Positions 31,093 through 40,450 of a stretch of 64,000 nucleotides of DNA are shown here, in pieces. A program made the position numbers and the translations under genes. The stretch is taken from NCBI GenBank assembly GCA_964275345.1, contig CAXYBK010000002.1, positions 6,684-70,683 on the forward strand. Reading direction: 5' to 3'. The notes under the pieces were generated by a model. The model did not search any database. It saw only the letters and a list, made by a program, of their open reading frames with translations, and was not told the DNA's origin. Source of the DNA: an uncultured SAR86 cluster bacterium. GTDB taxonomy: Bacteria > Pseudomonadota > Gammaproteobacteria > Magnimaribacterales > D2472. Position 1 is the first letter of the stretch. Each line of letters opens with the position of its first letter.

Positions 31093-31371
31093 GTGAAATT
31101 TTGGACTAGCAGATATCTTCTTCTATTAACTGGATTACTTTTTGTATTTTCAGTTTCTTTAGACCCTTTTAATCATGGGTTTTCTGAACATCATCATGAA
31201 CTTGCAGAAGTAGAGTGCCAATTTTGTGAAAATGAAGTATTTGATACCAATCAATCTAAGTCTAAGTTAGCAAAAGTTTCGCATTTAAAAGTAATCAAAA
31301 TTGAGATAAACCAATTATTTATCTCATACCTCCCAAAATATTCTCATTCAAGAGCTCCGCCAAAAAATTAA
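31093..31371 (+). CDS. DUF2946/CruR-like leader peptide: hydrophobic N-terminus, His cluster, CxxC, C-terminal RAPP
   Basis: MKFWTSRYLLLLTGLLFVFSVSLDPFNHGFSEHHHELAEVECQFC...YSHSRAPPKN*, directly upstream of a TonB receptor; GTG 31093 preferred as start. Confidence 0.8.
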   Translation: MKFWTSRYLLLLTGLLFVFSVSLDPFNHGFSEHHHELAEVECQFCENEVFDTNQSKSKLAKVSHLKVIKIEINQLFISYLPKYSHSRAPPKN

Positions 31372-31407
31372 ATACTGAATTTTTTTTTAATTTTTTTTGG
31401 AGTTTTT
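31350..31407 (+). promoter_or_regulatory. Putative anti-Shine-Dalgarno hairpin linking the RAPP codons to the receptor RBS
   Basis: CTCC 31355-31358 pairs with GGAG 31399-31402; AAAAAATTAAA 31362-31372 pairs with TTTAATTTTTT 31386-31396. Confidence 0.6.
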
Positions 31408-31410
31408 TTT

Positions 31411-33543
31411 ATGAAACATTTATTTACAGCGCTTTTAACATTTAGCGCATTTACAAATTTTTTACATGCCGAGAGCATGGAAGAGGTTGTAGTAACATCC
31501 TCTTTTCTTGAATCAAGTAATATCAATAACCCTCTATACGTAATAGATGGTGATGATATCAATGACGGAGCAACTACTAGCTTAGGTGAAGCAGTTGATT
31601 CTTATTTAGGAGTCTCCATAGCAGACTATGGTTCTGCGGTTGGACAACCAATTATTAGAGGCATGTCTGGACCAAGGGTTAAAATCCTTAAAAATGGTAT
31701 GGTCAACCGAGATGTATCTGGTCTTGGTGTAGATCACTTGAATGATCTTGATCTAAATGACGTTAAACAAATTGAGATTGTTAAAGGCCCATCTTCATTA
31801 CTTTATGCAAATGGTTCAATCGGTGGAATTATCAATGTTGTTGATGATTGTATTGCAGAAATGGATTTTGCTGGATCAGAGTTTTCTGCAGGCTACGAAA
31901 AGCAATCTGTTAATGATGGCACTGCTCAAAACTTTAATTTTAAAGATAATCTAGGCGGCTTTAATATAAATTTTGGCTATTCAAAAATTGAATTAGGTAA
32001 TTTTGATGTTCCAGATGAAGCTATCCTTCACGAAGAAGAAGAGCATGAGGGTGAAGAAGAGCATGAAGAAGAAAATTTAGGATTTGTTAATAACTCTGAT
32101 TATCAAACAGAAGCAACAAAATTCGGCATTTCAAAAGCTGGAGATTGGGGTTACTTAGGATTCTCCGTTGATAATCTTGAAAGTGTTTACGGTATTCCAT
32201 TTCATGGAGAAGAACATGAAGAAGAAGAGCATGAAGAAGAGCATGAAGAAGAAAGAATTTTTTCAACCACAGATTCTGAAAGCTTTACTATAAAAGGCTC
32301 ATTTAACATGAATGGGGATTTAGTGAATAAAGTTGATTTCACTTTTCGTGATTCAGATTACATCTTAACTGAGGCTCATGCCGAAGAAGAGCATGATGAA
32401 GAAGAGCATGAAGAAGAAGAGCATGAAGAACATGAACCTACAAGCTTCATGAGCGCGTCTACTGAATACGGTGCAATTTTTGATCTATCTAACGACAATA
32501 TGACTCAAAAAGTCGTATTTAATGTTCTTGATGAAGATTCATCAATTATCGGCGAAGAAGCTTTTATGAATCCTGCTACAAGTGAAGAATTCACACTCGG
32601 ATATTTCATGAGTAAAGACATAGGAATGTATAACGTCGACTTTGGTTTCAGAATGGATCAAATTGAAAGGTCTGGAAGCGTAACTGATGAAGATCATGGA
32701 GATATCGACTATTACAATATAGATGATACGACTAATAGTTTTGCTGTAGCTTTAGGAAGAAGCTTAAGTGATAACTTAGATATAAATCTTGGTTTTGCTA
32801 GTGTTGAAAGATTACCTTCAGTTATTGAGCTCTTTATGAATGGACCTCATTTAGCTACCGGAAGACTTGAAGTTGGAAATCCTAATCTAAAAAGTGAAAC
32901 ATCAAATAATTTTGATGTTACTTTTGATTATGACAATGGAGACTTTTTTGCTTATGCAAGTTTTTATATAAACGAAGTCGATAACTACATTACTTTAATG
33001 GATGAAGACGAGGATCATGATGAAGACCACGGAGATGAAGACCATGGAGATGATCACGGAGAGTCAGATGATCACGGAAACTTAATCCACTCATTTTATG
33101 TTCAAGAAAATGCTGAATTTATTGGTTATGAATTAGAATTTGGAAGAACTGTTAATCTTGCATCTGGAGATTTAACTTACTCATTTGGAAGAGATCAAGT
33201 GAATGCGGAGTTTGCTGACGGACACAATGTGCCAAGAATTAATCCAGCAAGGAATGTATATTCTTTATCTTATGAACAAAATGATACTGTTTTTAAAATT
33301 AACCTGAAAAGTGTCGAAAGACAGAATGATTTTGGTGAAGGTGAGACTGCTACAGATTCTTATCGTATGCTCGATACTCGAGTAACAAAAACATTTAGTG
33401 TTAATGATAAAAGCAATATGAAAGTTACTTTATTTGCAAATAATTTGCTTGATGATGTAGCTAGAAATCATTCATCTTTTGTCAAGGGTCCAGTTCCATT
33501 ACCGGGAAGAAATGTTGGTGTTAAATTTAATCTAACTTTTTAG
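31411..33543 (+). CDS. ZnuD-like His-rich TonB-dependent receptor (probably zinc or other transition metal)
   Basis: EEVVVT, PIIRGMSGPRV, DVS..G.DH, IEIVKGPSSLLY, YGIPFH, ELFMNGPHLAT, ARNHSSFVK...PLPGRN, C-terminal Phe, four His/acidic loops. Confidence 0.88.
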   Translation: MKHLFTALLTFSAFTNFLHAESMEEVVVTSSFLESSNINNPLYVIDGDDINDGATTSLGEAVDSYLGVSIADYGSAVGQPIIRGMSGPRVKILKNGMVNRDVSGLGVDHLNDLDLNDVKQIEIVKGPSSLLYANGSIGGIINVVDDCIAEMDFAGSEFSAGYEKQSVNDGTAQNFNFKDNLGGFNINFGYSKIELGNFDVPDEAILHEEEEHEGEEEHEEENLGFVNNSDYQTEATKFGISKAGDWGYLGFSVDNLESVYGIPFHGEEHEEEEHEEEHEEERIFSTTDSESFTIKGSFNMNGDLVNKVDFTFRDSDYILTEAHAEEEHDEEEHEEEEHEEHEPTSFMSASTEYGAIFDLSNDNMTQKVVFNVLDEDSSIIGEEAFMNPATSEEFTLGYFMSKDIGMYNVDFGFRMDQIERSGSVTDEDHGDIDYYNIDDTTNSFAVALGRSLSDNLDINLGFASVERLPSVIELFMNGPHLATGRLEVGNPNLKSETSNNFDVTFDYDNGDFFAYASFYINEVDNYITLMDEDEDHDEDHGDEDHGDDHGESDDHGNLIHSFYVQENAEFIGYELEFGRTVNLASGDLTYSFGRDQVNAEFADGHNVPRINPARNVYSLSYEQNDTVFKINLKSVERQNDFGEGETATDSYRMLDTRVTKTFSVNDKSNMKVTLFANNLLDDVARNHSSFVKGPVPLPGRNVGVKFNLTF
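32029..33078 (+). repeat. Four in-frame low-complexity His/Glu/Asp tracts in the receptor
   Basis: GAAGAAGAGCAT-type units at 32029-32073, 32203-32253, 32377-32436; GATGAAGACCAC-type units at 33001-33078. Confidence 0.9.
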
Positions 33544-33568
33544 ATTTTAATTTAAATAACAAATAATT

Positions 33569-33604
33569 ATAGGGAAGCTAAATTTATAGCTTCCCTATTT
33601 TTTT
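33569..33604 (+). terminator. Intrinsic terminator
   Basis: 12-bp perfect stem ATAGGGAAGCTA/TAGCTTCCCTAT, 6-nt loop, T tract. Confidence 0.9.
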
Positions 33605-33622
33605 AACGTATTAATAAAAAAT

Positions 33623-34042
33623 ATGGCACAATTCAATCAAATGTCAGTTAAATCACAATTAAGAACAGATAAGTATGCAGCTTCTTTGTCTTTCATATGC
33701 GCGCTTCATTGTTTACTTGCGCCATCATTCTTTATCTTAACTTCAGGTTTTTTTGCACTTTCAATAGATAATGAATTTATTCATAATTTTATTTTGTTTC
33801 TAGCCATCCCTATTAGCTCATATGCATTAATTGCTGGTTATAGAAATCATAAAACTCTTAACTTTTTATTTATAGGCTTTGCAGGCTTGTTCATGTTAAT
33901 CTCTGCGATTATCTTCAATGGAATTCTTTTTGAAGAATTAGGCGAAAAAGCATTAACCTTTTTAGGGTCAGTACTCGTTATTTATTCTCACTATAAGAAT
34001 TATCAAACATGTAAGAATATAGATTGCTCTTGCCATGAATAA
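33623..34042 (+). CDS. MerC-domain inner membrane protein
   Basis: DK....LS.ICALHC, EFIH, GYRNH, E..LT.LG.......H..N, terminal C...CSCH. Confidence 0.85.
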   Translation: MAQFNQMSVKSQLRTDKYAASLSFICALHCLLAPSFFILTSGFFALSIDNEFIHNFILFLAIPISSYALIAGYRNHKTLNFLFIGFAGLFMLISAIIFNGILFEELGEKALTFLGSVLVIYSHYKNYQTCKNIDCSCHE

Positions 34043-34084
34043 TAAAAACTGTCATTTATAAAATCAATCTGTCACCATAGCTTT

Positions 34085-34528
34085 ATGGATATTGACGGTA
34101 TTAATTACACAGATAAATATATAAAAGAAATACTTTCTGAAGTTAAGACTATTGCTGTAGTGGGCGCAAGCTCTAATCCAGATCGAGATAGCTATAAGGT
34201 TGTAGAATCGTTAGTGGCACATGGCTATAAAGTATTTCCAGTTAATCCTAATGAAAAAGATAGCTCTATTCTAGGGCTAAACTTCTACTCTAATTTAAAG
34301 TCAATTCAGGATTCTATCGATATGGTAGATATATTCCGTTTACCAAATGCTGTTATGGGCATTACTCAAGAGGCTATTGAGATCAATGCTAAAGTTATAT
34401 GGATGCAACTTGATATTATTAATCATGAGGCAGCAAATCTTGCCAAAGCCGCTGGTTTAAAAGTTGTTATGGATAGATGCCCTAAAATAGAATTCAAGAA
34501 ATTAAATTGGACTAGTAAGACTAATTAG
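34085..34528 (+). CDS. CoA-binding protein (YccU-like)
   Basis: TIAVVGAS..P.R.S, PVNP, DMVDIFR, WMQL, MDRCPKIE. Confidence 0.92.
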   Translation: MDIDGINYTDKYIKEILSEVKTIAVVGASSNPDRDSYKVVESLVAHGYKVFPVNPNEKDSSILGLNFYSNLKSIQDSIDMVDIFRLPNAVMGITQEAIEINAKVIWMQLDIINHEAANLAKAAGLKVVMDRCPKIEFKKLNWTSKTN

Positions 34529-34543
34529 CTTTAAATAATATAT

Positions 34544-35344
34544 ATGGAAGTTGAAAATATACTGCTAAAAGATAATGTTGATAAGGGTATTCTTCGTCTC
34601 ACCCTCAATAATTCAAAACATCAAAATACTTTGTCAGAAGCAATGATGGAGTCCTTAAAAAAAGAACTTTTAGACGTTGCAACCAATGAATCCATTAGGG
34701 TGGTTATTTTAGCTGCAGATGGACCTATTTTTTGTGCAGGACATGATCTAAAAGAGATAACTGAAGCACGAAATAATGAAGACTTGGGACATGCTTACTT
34801 TGAAAATTTATTTAGTACTTGCTCAGAAGTAATGCAATTAATTGTTAATAACCCCAAACCAATTATTGCTGAAATAAATGGAATTGCTACTGCTGCTGGA
34901 TGTCAGCTTGTTGCAAGCTGTGATCTTGCTATTGCTTCTGATGAAGCAAAGTTTGCTACTCCTGGGGTAAATATAGGTTTATTCTGCTCAACTCCAATGG
35001 TTGCATTATCAAGAAACATATCTAACAAACATGCAATGGAAATGCTCCTTACAGGAGATATGATAGATGCAAAAAAAGCTACAGATATTGGTTTAATTAA
35101 TAATAATGTAAGCAGCAAAAATTTAATGCAAGAAACATTAACATTAGCTAAAAAAGTTGCGAGCAAATCTTCTATGACTCTCAAAGTAGGAAAACAAGCT
35201 TTCTATGTCCAATCTTCATTAGAGTTATCTGAAGCTTATAAATACACCTCTAAAGTAATGTTAGACAATATTTTAAAAGATGATGCAAAAGAGGGCATAG
35301 AGGCATTTATTGATAAACGTGATCCTAAGTGGAAAGATAAATAA
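34544..35344 (+). CDS. Enoyl-CoA hydratase family (ECHDC3-like)
   Basis: FCAGHDLKE, ATAAGCQLVASCDL, TPGVNIGLFCSTP. Confidence 0.92.
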   Translation: MEVENILLKDNVDKGILRLTLNNSKHQNTLSEAMMESLKKELLDVATNESIRVVILAADGPIFCAGHDLKEITEARNNEDLGHAYFENLFSTCSEVMQLIVNNPKPIIAEINGIATAAGCQLVASCDLAIASDEAKFATPGVNIGLFCSTPMVALSRNISNKHAMEMLLTGDMIDAKKATDIGLINNNVSSKNLMQETLTLAKKVASKSSMTLKVGKQAFYVQSSLELSEAYKYTSKVMLDNILKDDAKEGIEAFIDKRDPKWKDK

Positions 35345-35347
35345 AAA

Positions 35348-36277
35348 ATGAAATTCAAGTCAGGCGATCAAGGAAATATATTTTATAAATCTTCAAACCC
35401 CTTTGAGTTCTATGACATTTTTAATGGAAAGAATGAAAAAAACCAAGAGGTTTTTGGCACACTGGTTTTTCCTGAAACTAAGAAAGACACATATCCTCTT
35501 GTTATCTGTATGCATGGAAGCATGGGTTGGGCTATGTCATCTCATGATCATTCAGTCAATTTCTTAGAAAATGGTTTTGCTATATTCAAAGTTCAAAGCT
35601 TTGAATCAAGAAATGTTACCTCTATTGTTGAAGATCAAGTCCAGGTCACAGTTGCAACTGCTCAAACAGACTGTTTTGAAGCATTAAAAATTTTATCAAA
35701 TCATCCTGATATAGAACCAAATAATATATTTATTGCTGGATGGAGTTTTGGGGGTTCAACTGCAATCTATTCCGCATGGGAGCCTATTGCAGAAAAACTT
35801 GCTCCTGATGGAGAAAGATTTAAAGCATTCTTAGCTTTTTACCCTGGAGCTTATATGTGGCCTGAAGAAATGCGATGGAGTTCAAGACCAATATTAAGTC
35901 TTATCGGGACTGATGATGACTATACACCTGCAAGCCTACTTGAGGAATTATCTCCAGCTATTAATAAAGCTGGAGGAAATAGCTCAGTTATTTTATACCA
36001 AGACAGTCATCATAGTTTTGACAGAGTGGATCCTGTTGCTTACTTACCCAATGCTGTGGCTTTGAGTAAACAGCATAGTGTAATTAAAAAAGATGGCTAT
36101 CAATATTTTGATGGATCTGATGGAGTTAGATATGAAATGAATACCCCAGAGGAAAGAATTAAATTAATTCAGTCAGGCTTAGCACCTATTGGTGCGCATC
36201 TTGGTTGTAATTGGAAAGCTAGAAAAAAATCTATGAAGGATAGTTTAAATTTTCTTATAGAAAATCTTAGTGATTAG
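35348..36277 (+). CDS. Dienelactone hydrolase family alpha/beta hydrolase
   Basis: HGSMG, GWSFGG nucleophile elbow, G..DDYTP, HHSFD. Confidence 0.85.
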   Translation: MKFKSGDQGNIFYKSSNPFEFYDIFNGKNEKNQEVFGTLVFPETKKDTYPLVICMHGSMGWAMSSHDHSVNFLENGFAIFKVQSFESRNVTSIVEDQVQVTVATAQTDCFEALKILSNHPDIEPNNIFIAGWSFGGSTAIYSAWEPIAEKLAPDGERFKAFLAFYPGAYMWPEEMRWSSRPILSLIGTDDDYTPASLLEELSPAINKAGGNSSVILYQDSHHSFDRVDPVAYLPNAVALSKQHSVIKKDGYQYFDGSDGVRYEMNTPEERIKLIQSGLAPIGAHLGCNWKARKKSMKDSLNFLIENLSD

Positions 36278-36656
36278 CTCTTTTAGTTGAAGCTAATACA
36301 AGGAGCCCGGCTGCGACCCCCATATTTTTATAAAAATTTTGAGCTTCATGTGCTTGAATATCTCCATATAAATTCCAAAAATCATGAATAAAAACATTTA
36401 TCAGCATAGTCAGAATAAATAAAAGAATTGAGCTAATTTGCACATACTTTCCAAAAATTAAGAAAAGACCTAACCCAATTTCTATTAGAATTGTGAGCGG
36501 TAAGGAGATTATTGCAAAAGGGACTCCTTTGGCAGCTAACAAGATAAGGTTATCAGAGTAGGTAAATATTTTACCTAATCCAGGCAATAAAAAGTAAATG
36601 CCAAGCAGTCCTCTTCCTAAAGCAAATATAAGATTATTAAGTTTCACGCTATCCAT
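36267..36656 (-). CDS. DoxX family membrane protein
   Basis: GR.LLG.YFL..G..K, HDFW, NFYKN.....GLL. Confidence 0.88.
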   Translation of the reverse strand: MDSVKLNNLIFALGRGLLGIYFLLPGLGKIFTYSDNLILLAAKGVPFAIISLPLTILIEIGLGLFLIFGKYVQISSILLFILTMLINVFIHDFWNLYGDIQAHEAQNFYKNMGVAAGLLVLASTKRANH

Positions 36657-36716
36657 CTTTTTATAATATCTTAAAACTAGTAAATCTATTAAAATATTAT
36701 TTAAAAAGGAATATTA

Positions 36717-37508
36717 ATGAAGATCTTAGATAAAAGAGTGGTTGTCACTGGAGCTGCTAGTGGAATAGGAAAGGCCTTATCAATAGCATTTAATAAAGCT
36801 GGAGCCAAGTCGCTTGTTTGCGTTGATATGAATTTAGAAGGGGCTAAAGAGACTGCAGAACTAGTAGGTGGTATAGCAGTCCAAGCTAATGTAGCCAAAG
36901 AAGATGAGATTATTAATGTTATTGAAGAGGCTAATAAATTTTCTGGCGGCATAGATATTTTTTGTTCAAATGCTGGTATTGGTGGTGTTCCTGGTTTTTT
37001 TGAAGCTGAAGTAGAGGATTGGCAAAAAATATGGGAAATTAATGTTCAGTCTCACATTCATGCTGCTAAACACGTACTTCCACAGATGTTAGAAAGAGGG
37101 GATGGCTATTTAGTTAATACCTCATCAGCTGCAGGGCTATTAACCCAGCTTGGAGCAGCCGGTTATGCAGTAACTAAATCAGCAGCTGTTAGTTTTGCAG
37201 AGTGGATAAAAATAACTTATGGAAATAAAGGTATAGGAGTGTCCTGTTTATGCCCTCAGGCAGTTAGGACAGCAATGACTGCTGGTGGAGCAGGTGTAGC
37301 AGGTGTTGATGGAATGTTGGAGCCCGATGTTGTAGCTAATGACGTATTAAAGGCAATAGAAGAAGAAACTTTCTTGGTTCTTCCTCATGAAGAAGTTGCT
37401 GAATATGTTAAAAGAAAAGCAAACGATAGAGATAGATGGATTTCTGGCATGCAAAGACTTCAAGTTCAATTTGAAGATTTTTTAATGCCTGGTAAAGAAA
37501 AAGATTAA
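36717..37508 (+). CDS. SDR family oxidoreductase
   Basis: TGAASGIG, SNAGI, YAVTK. Confidence 0.92.
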   Translation: MKILDKRVVVTGAASGIGKALSIAFNKAGAKSLVCVDMNLEGAKETAELVGGIAVQANVAKEDEIINVIEEANKFSGGIDIFCSNAGIGGVPGFFEAEVEDWQKIWEINVQSHIHAAKHVLPQMLERGDGYLVNTSSAAGLLTQLGAAGYAVTKSAAVSFAEWIKITYGNKGIGVSCLCPQAVRTAMTAGGAGVAGVDGMLEPDVVANDVLKAIEEETFLVLPHEEVAEYVKRKANDRDRWISGMQRLQVQFEDFLMPGKEKD

Positions 37509-37553
37509 ATAAATATTTAGATAATATTTTTTCTAGATGCTAAATTATTAAAA

Positions 37554-38579
37554 ATGTCACAACAAACACATGGTCGACTAATGATAGATATCGAAGGGAT
37601 ATCTTTATCAGAGGATGACATCTATTTATTAAAAAATCCCAATATAGGAGGAATAATTCTATTTGAAAGAAACTTTGAGTCTCGTGATCAAATATTATCT
37701 TTATGTTCTGATATTAAAAGTATTAATAAAGAAATACTTATAGCTGTGGATCATGAGGGAGGTCGAGTTCAACGCTTTAAAGAGGATTTCACTCATATTC
37801 CATCGATGCAATCTTTAGGAGATTTTGTTAAAAAAAATCCTAGTCAAGGATTAAAGCTTTCAGAAGAAATTGGTTGGCTTCTTGCTTCAGAGTTAATTTC
37901 GTCTGGAATAGATATCAGTTTTGCTCCTGTTTTGGATCTAGATAGAGATAAAAGCTCTATCATTGGCAATAGATCATTCGGCGATGACCCTCAACTAGTG
38001 ATTGATACATCAGAAGCTCTAATTAAGGGCATGAATGATGCAGGTATGGCTGCTACTGGAAAACATTTCCCAGGTCACGGCGGTGTAGTTGAGGACAGCC
38101 ATCTTGAGGCGCCTCAAGATTTAAGAGAATTAGAAGAATTGTTTAAACATGATCTAAAACCTTACATAATCCTTCAAGATTCGCTTAAAGGCATTATGTC
38201 AGCCCATTTAACCTTCCCAAAAATTGATCCCGATATAGTAAGTTTTTCATTTTTTTGGCTCACTGTCGTCCTTCGTCAGCAATTAGGTTTTAATGGTGTT
38301 ATTTTTAGTGATGATCTATCAATGAAAGGAGCTGACGTTGCTGGCAGTTATTCTGAGAAAGCGAGGATGGCCTTGGAGGCAGGATGCGATATGATATTAG
38401 TTTGTAATAACAGAAAAGGCTCCAAAGAGGTGATAAAATATCTCGAAGAAAATAAAGTACCAAGAACATCAAAAATAACTACTATGCTAAAGACTAATGA
38501 AATTAATTGGAATGATCTCAAAAGCCATCCCAGAAGAATAAGTGCAATATCTATGATTAAAGAGATAGGATTAATTTAA
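37554..38579 (+). CDS. nagZ: Beta-N-acetylhexosaminidase
   Basis: DHEGGRVQRF, FAPVLD, KHFPGHG...DSH, FSDDLSM. Confidence 0.95.
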   Translation: MSQQTHGRLMIDIEGISLSEDDIYLLKNPNIGGIILFERNFESRDQILSLCSDIKSINKEILIAVDHEGGRVQRFKEDFTHIPSMQSLGDFVKKNPSQGLKLSEEIGWLLASELISSGIDISFAPVLDLDRDKSSIIGNRSFGDDPQLVIDTSEALIKGMNDAGMAATGKHFPGHGGVVEDSHLEAPQDLRELEELFKHDLKPYIILQDSLKGIMSAHLTFPKIDPDIVSFSFFWLTVVLRQQLGFNGVIFSDDLSMKGADVAGSYSEKARMALEAGCDMILVCNNRKGSKEVIKYLEENKVPRTSKITTMLKTNEINWNDLKSHPRRISAISMIKEIGLI

Positions 38580-39814
38580 TGGATTATGTTCCTTTAGCAG
38601 TCCCATTTTTTCTCTTAGCTATATTGCTAGAATTTATATTTGGTTGGCTTAAAAATAAAAATACCTATCGCCTAAATGATACTGTCAGCAGTCTTTTTAT
38701 GGGCTCTTTAAGCACTGCATCAAAAATAGTTCTTATTGGTGTTGGCGGAGCAGTTTTTTACGCTATTGAAACTCATTATGCACTCTGGAGAATGGATGAT
38801 AGTCTTCTTATAACCTGGATTTTTGCTTTTGTTGCCTATGATCTTTGTTATTATTGTTTTCATAGAATAGGCCATGAACGTCAAATATTTTGGGCATCTC
38901 ATGTTGCTCATCATCAAAGTGAAGACTACAACTTATCGACAGCATTAAGGCAAACGAGCAGTAGTTTTTTATTAAATTGGATTTTTTATGTACCTTTATT
39001 TTTAATAGGAGTTCCTGCAAAAGTTTTTGTAAGTGTTGCTTCAGTAAATTTAATTTATCAGTTTTGGGTGCATAGTCAGCACATCCCTAAACTTGGCTGG
39101 TATGAATTATTTTTTGTTTCTCCTTCAAATCATAGAGTTCATCATGCAACTAATGATATATATATAGATAAAAATTATGGTGGAGTTTTTATTATTTGGG
39201 ATAGGATGTTTGGAACCTTTCAAGAAGAGCAAGATGATGAGCCTTGTGTCTATGGCATAAGAGGACCAATTAGATCTTTTAACCCTTTATGGGCAAACAT
39301 TCATATTTATCTTGGTATCGCCAAAGATTTCTTTCGAACAAAAAAATTTAAAGATAAACTCCATGTCTTGGTTGCAAGAACTGGGTGGCAGCCTGAGGAT
39401 GTAGCTAAAAAATTTCCATCCAAAGAATATAATCCAAAAACTTACATTAAGTTTGATCCAATAGTAAGCAAACTAATAAGTTTTTATGGATTTCTCCAAT
39501 TAATTGTCCTTGCAATTGTTGGACCTCTTATTATTGAATACGGATCTTCAAATTACATCTTAGGTCTTATATATGTAGGCATGTTAGTTTTTACGATGGT
39601 TTCTACTTCAAGATGGTTAGAAGGAAGATCTGCAATGTATATGGAAATTTCAAGACTATTTATTTTTACAATAATTGGAGTTGTAGGAACTCAATACTCT
39701 CAAAGCTATGATGCAGCAATTTTTCTATTGATATATACCATTATTAATTTTGTGGCACTTCCTTTTTTAGGTAAGGTCTCCAATAATCAAAACACTGTAT
39801 ATCAGCATGGGTGA
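38579..39814 (+). CDS. Alkylglycerol monooxygenase-like fatty acid hydroxylase/sterol desaturase family protein
   Basis: HRIGHE, HVAHHQSEDYNLSTALRQ, YQFWVH, HRVHH, DKNYGG..IIWDR.FGTF. Confidence 0.85.
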   Translation: MDYVPLAVPFFLLAILLEFIFGWLKNKNTYRLNDTVSSLFMGSLSTASKIVLIGVGGAVFYAIETHYALWRMDDSLLITWIFAFVAYDLCYYCFHRIGHERQIFWASHVAHHQSEDYNLSTALRQTSSSFLLNWIFYVPLFLIGVPAKVFVSVASVNLIYQFWVHSQHIPKLGWYELFFVSPSNHRVHHATNDIYIDKNYGGVFIIWDRMFGTFQEEQDDEPCVYGIRGPIRSFNPLWANIHIYLGIAKDFFRTKKFKDKLHVLVARTGWQPEDVAKKFPSKEYNPKTYIKFDPIVSKLISFYGFLQLIVLAIVGPLIIEYGSSNYILGLIYVGMLVFTMVSTSRWLEGRSAMYMEISRLFIFTIIGVVGTQYSQSYDAAIFLLIYTIINFVALPFLGKVSNNQNTVYQHG

Positions 39815-40391
39815 GACTAAAAATAAGAATAAAACAGATGGTAGATTAGAAAGAAGTAAAAAAAGTAGGGACCTTATTATTAAAGCCATGCGCGACCTCA
39901 TTGATGAAGGTATATTAAGTCCAACAGCCCAGCAAGTGGCAGAAACTGCTCAGGTAGGGATAAGAACAGTCTTTCGTCATGCCAATGACATGGAAACTCT
40001 TTTCAAGCTCATCACTAAGGCCAATACTAAAAGGCGCACTAAGTATTTTTTGAAAGCCAGTTCGAGTGGAAGTCTTGAAGAAAGAATTGAGAAACTTGCT
40101 GATTCAAGAGCAGAAGGGTACAAAGAAATGCAAAATTTTATTTTAGCTACTGCATCCTCACAATGGAGGTATAAATTTCTTCATAATCAGTATAAGAAGA
40201 CCATAAAAAAACTAAAAAAAAATCTTCATGAATGGTTGCCTGAAATGTCCAAGCTAAGCGATGAAAAACAAGAAATGATTGAAGCGATTATGTCTTTTGA
40301 ATTTTGGTATAGACTTAAAATCCATCAAAATAACTCAAGTAAAAAAACTATTGAGATAATTACAAATCAAACTAAAGCATTATTTAAATAA
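39807..40391 (+). CDS. TetR/AcrR family regulator
   Basis: DGR..R, PTAQQVAETAQVGIRTVFRH. Confidence 0.9.
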   Translation: MGETKNKNKTDGRLERSKKSRDLIIKAMRDLIDEGILSPTAQQVAETAQVGIRTVFRHANDMETLFKLITKANTKRRTKYFLKASSSGSLEERIEKLADSRAEGYKEMQNFILATASSQWRYKFLHNQYKKTIKKLKKNLHEWLPEMSKLSDEKQEMIEAIMSFEFWYRLKIHQNNSSKKTIEIITNQTKALFK

Positions 40392-40450
40392 CATATTAAT
40401 ATTTTTATAATAATGTCGTTATAATTTTTATATAAATTGAAGGGGATAGT

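Noticed and set aside
32029-33078. GAAGAAGAGCAT repeats as CRISPR or non-coding VNTR
   Set aside because: All are in frame within the receptor and encode His/Glu/Asp loops
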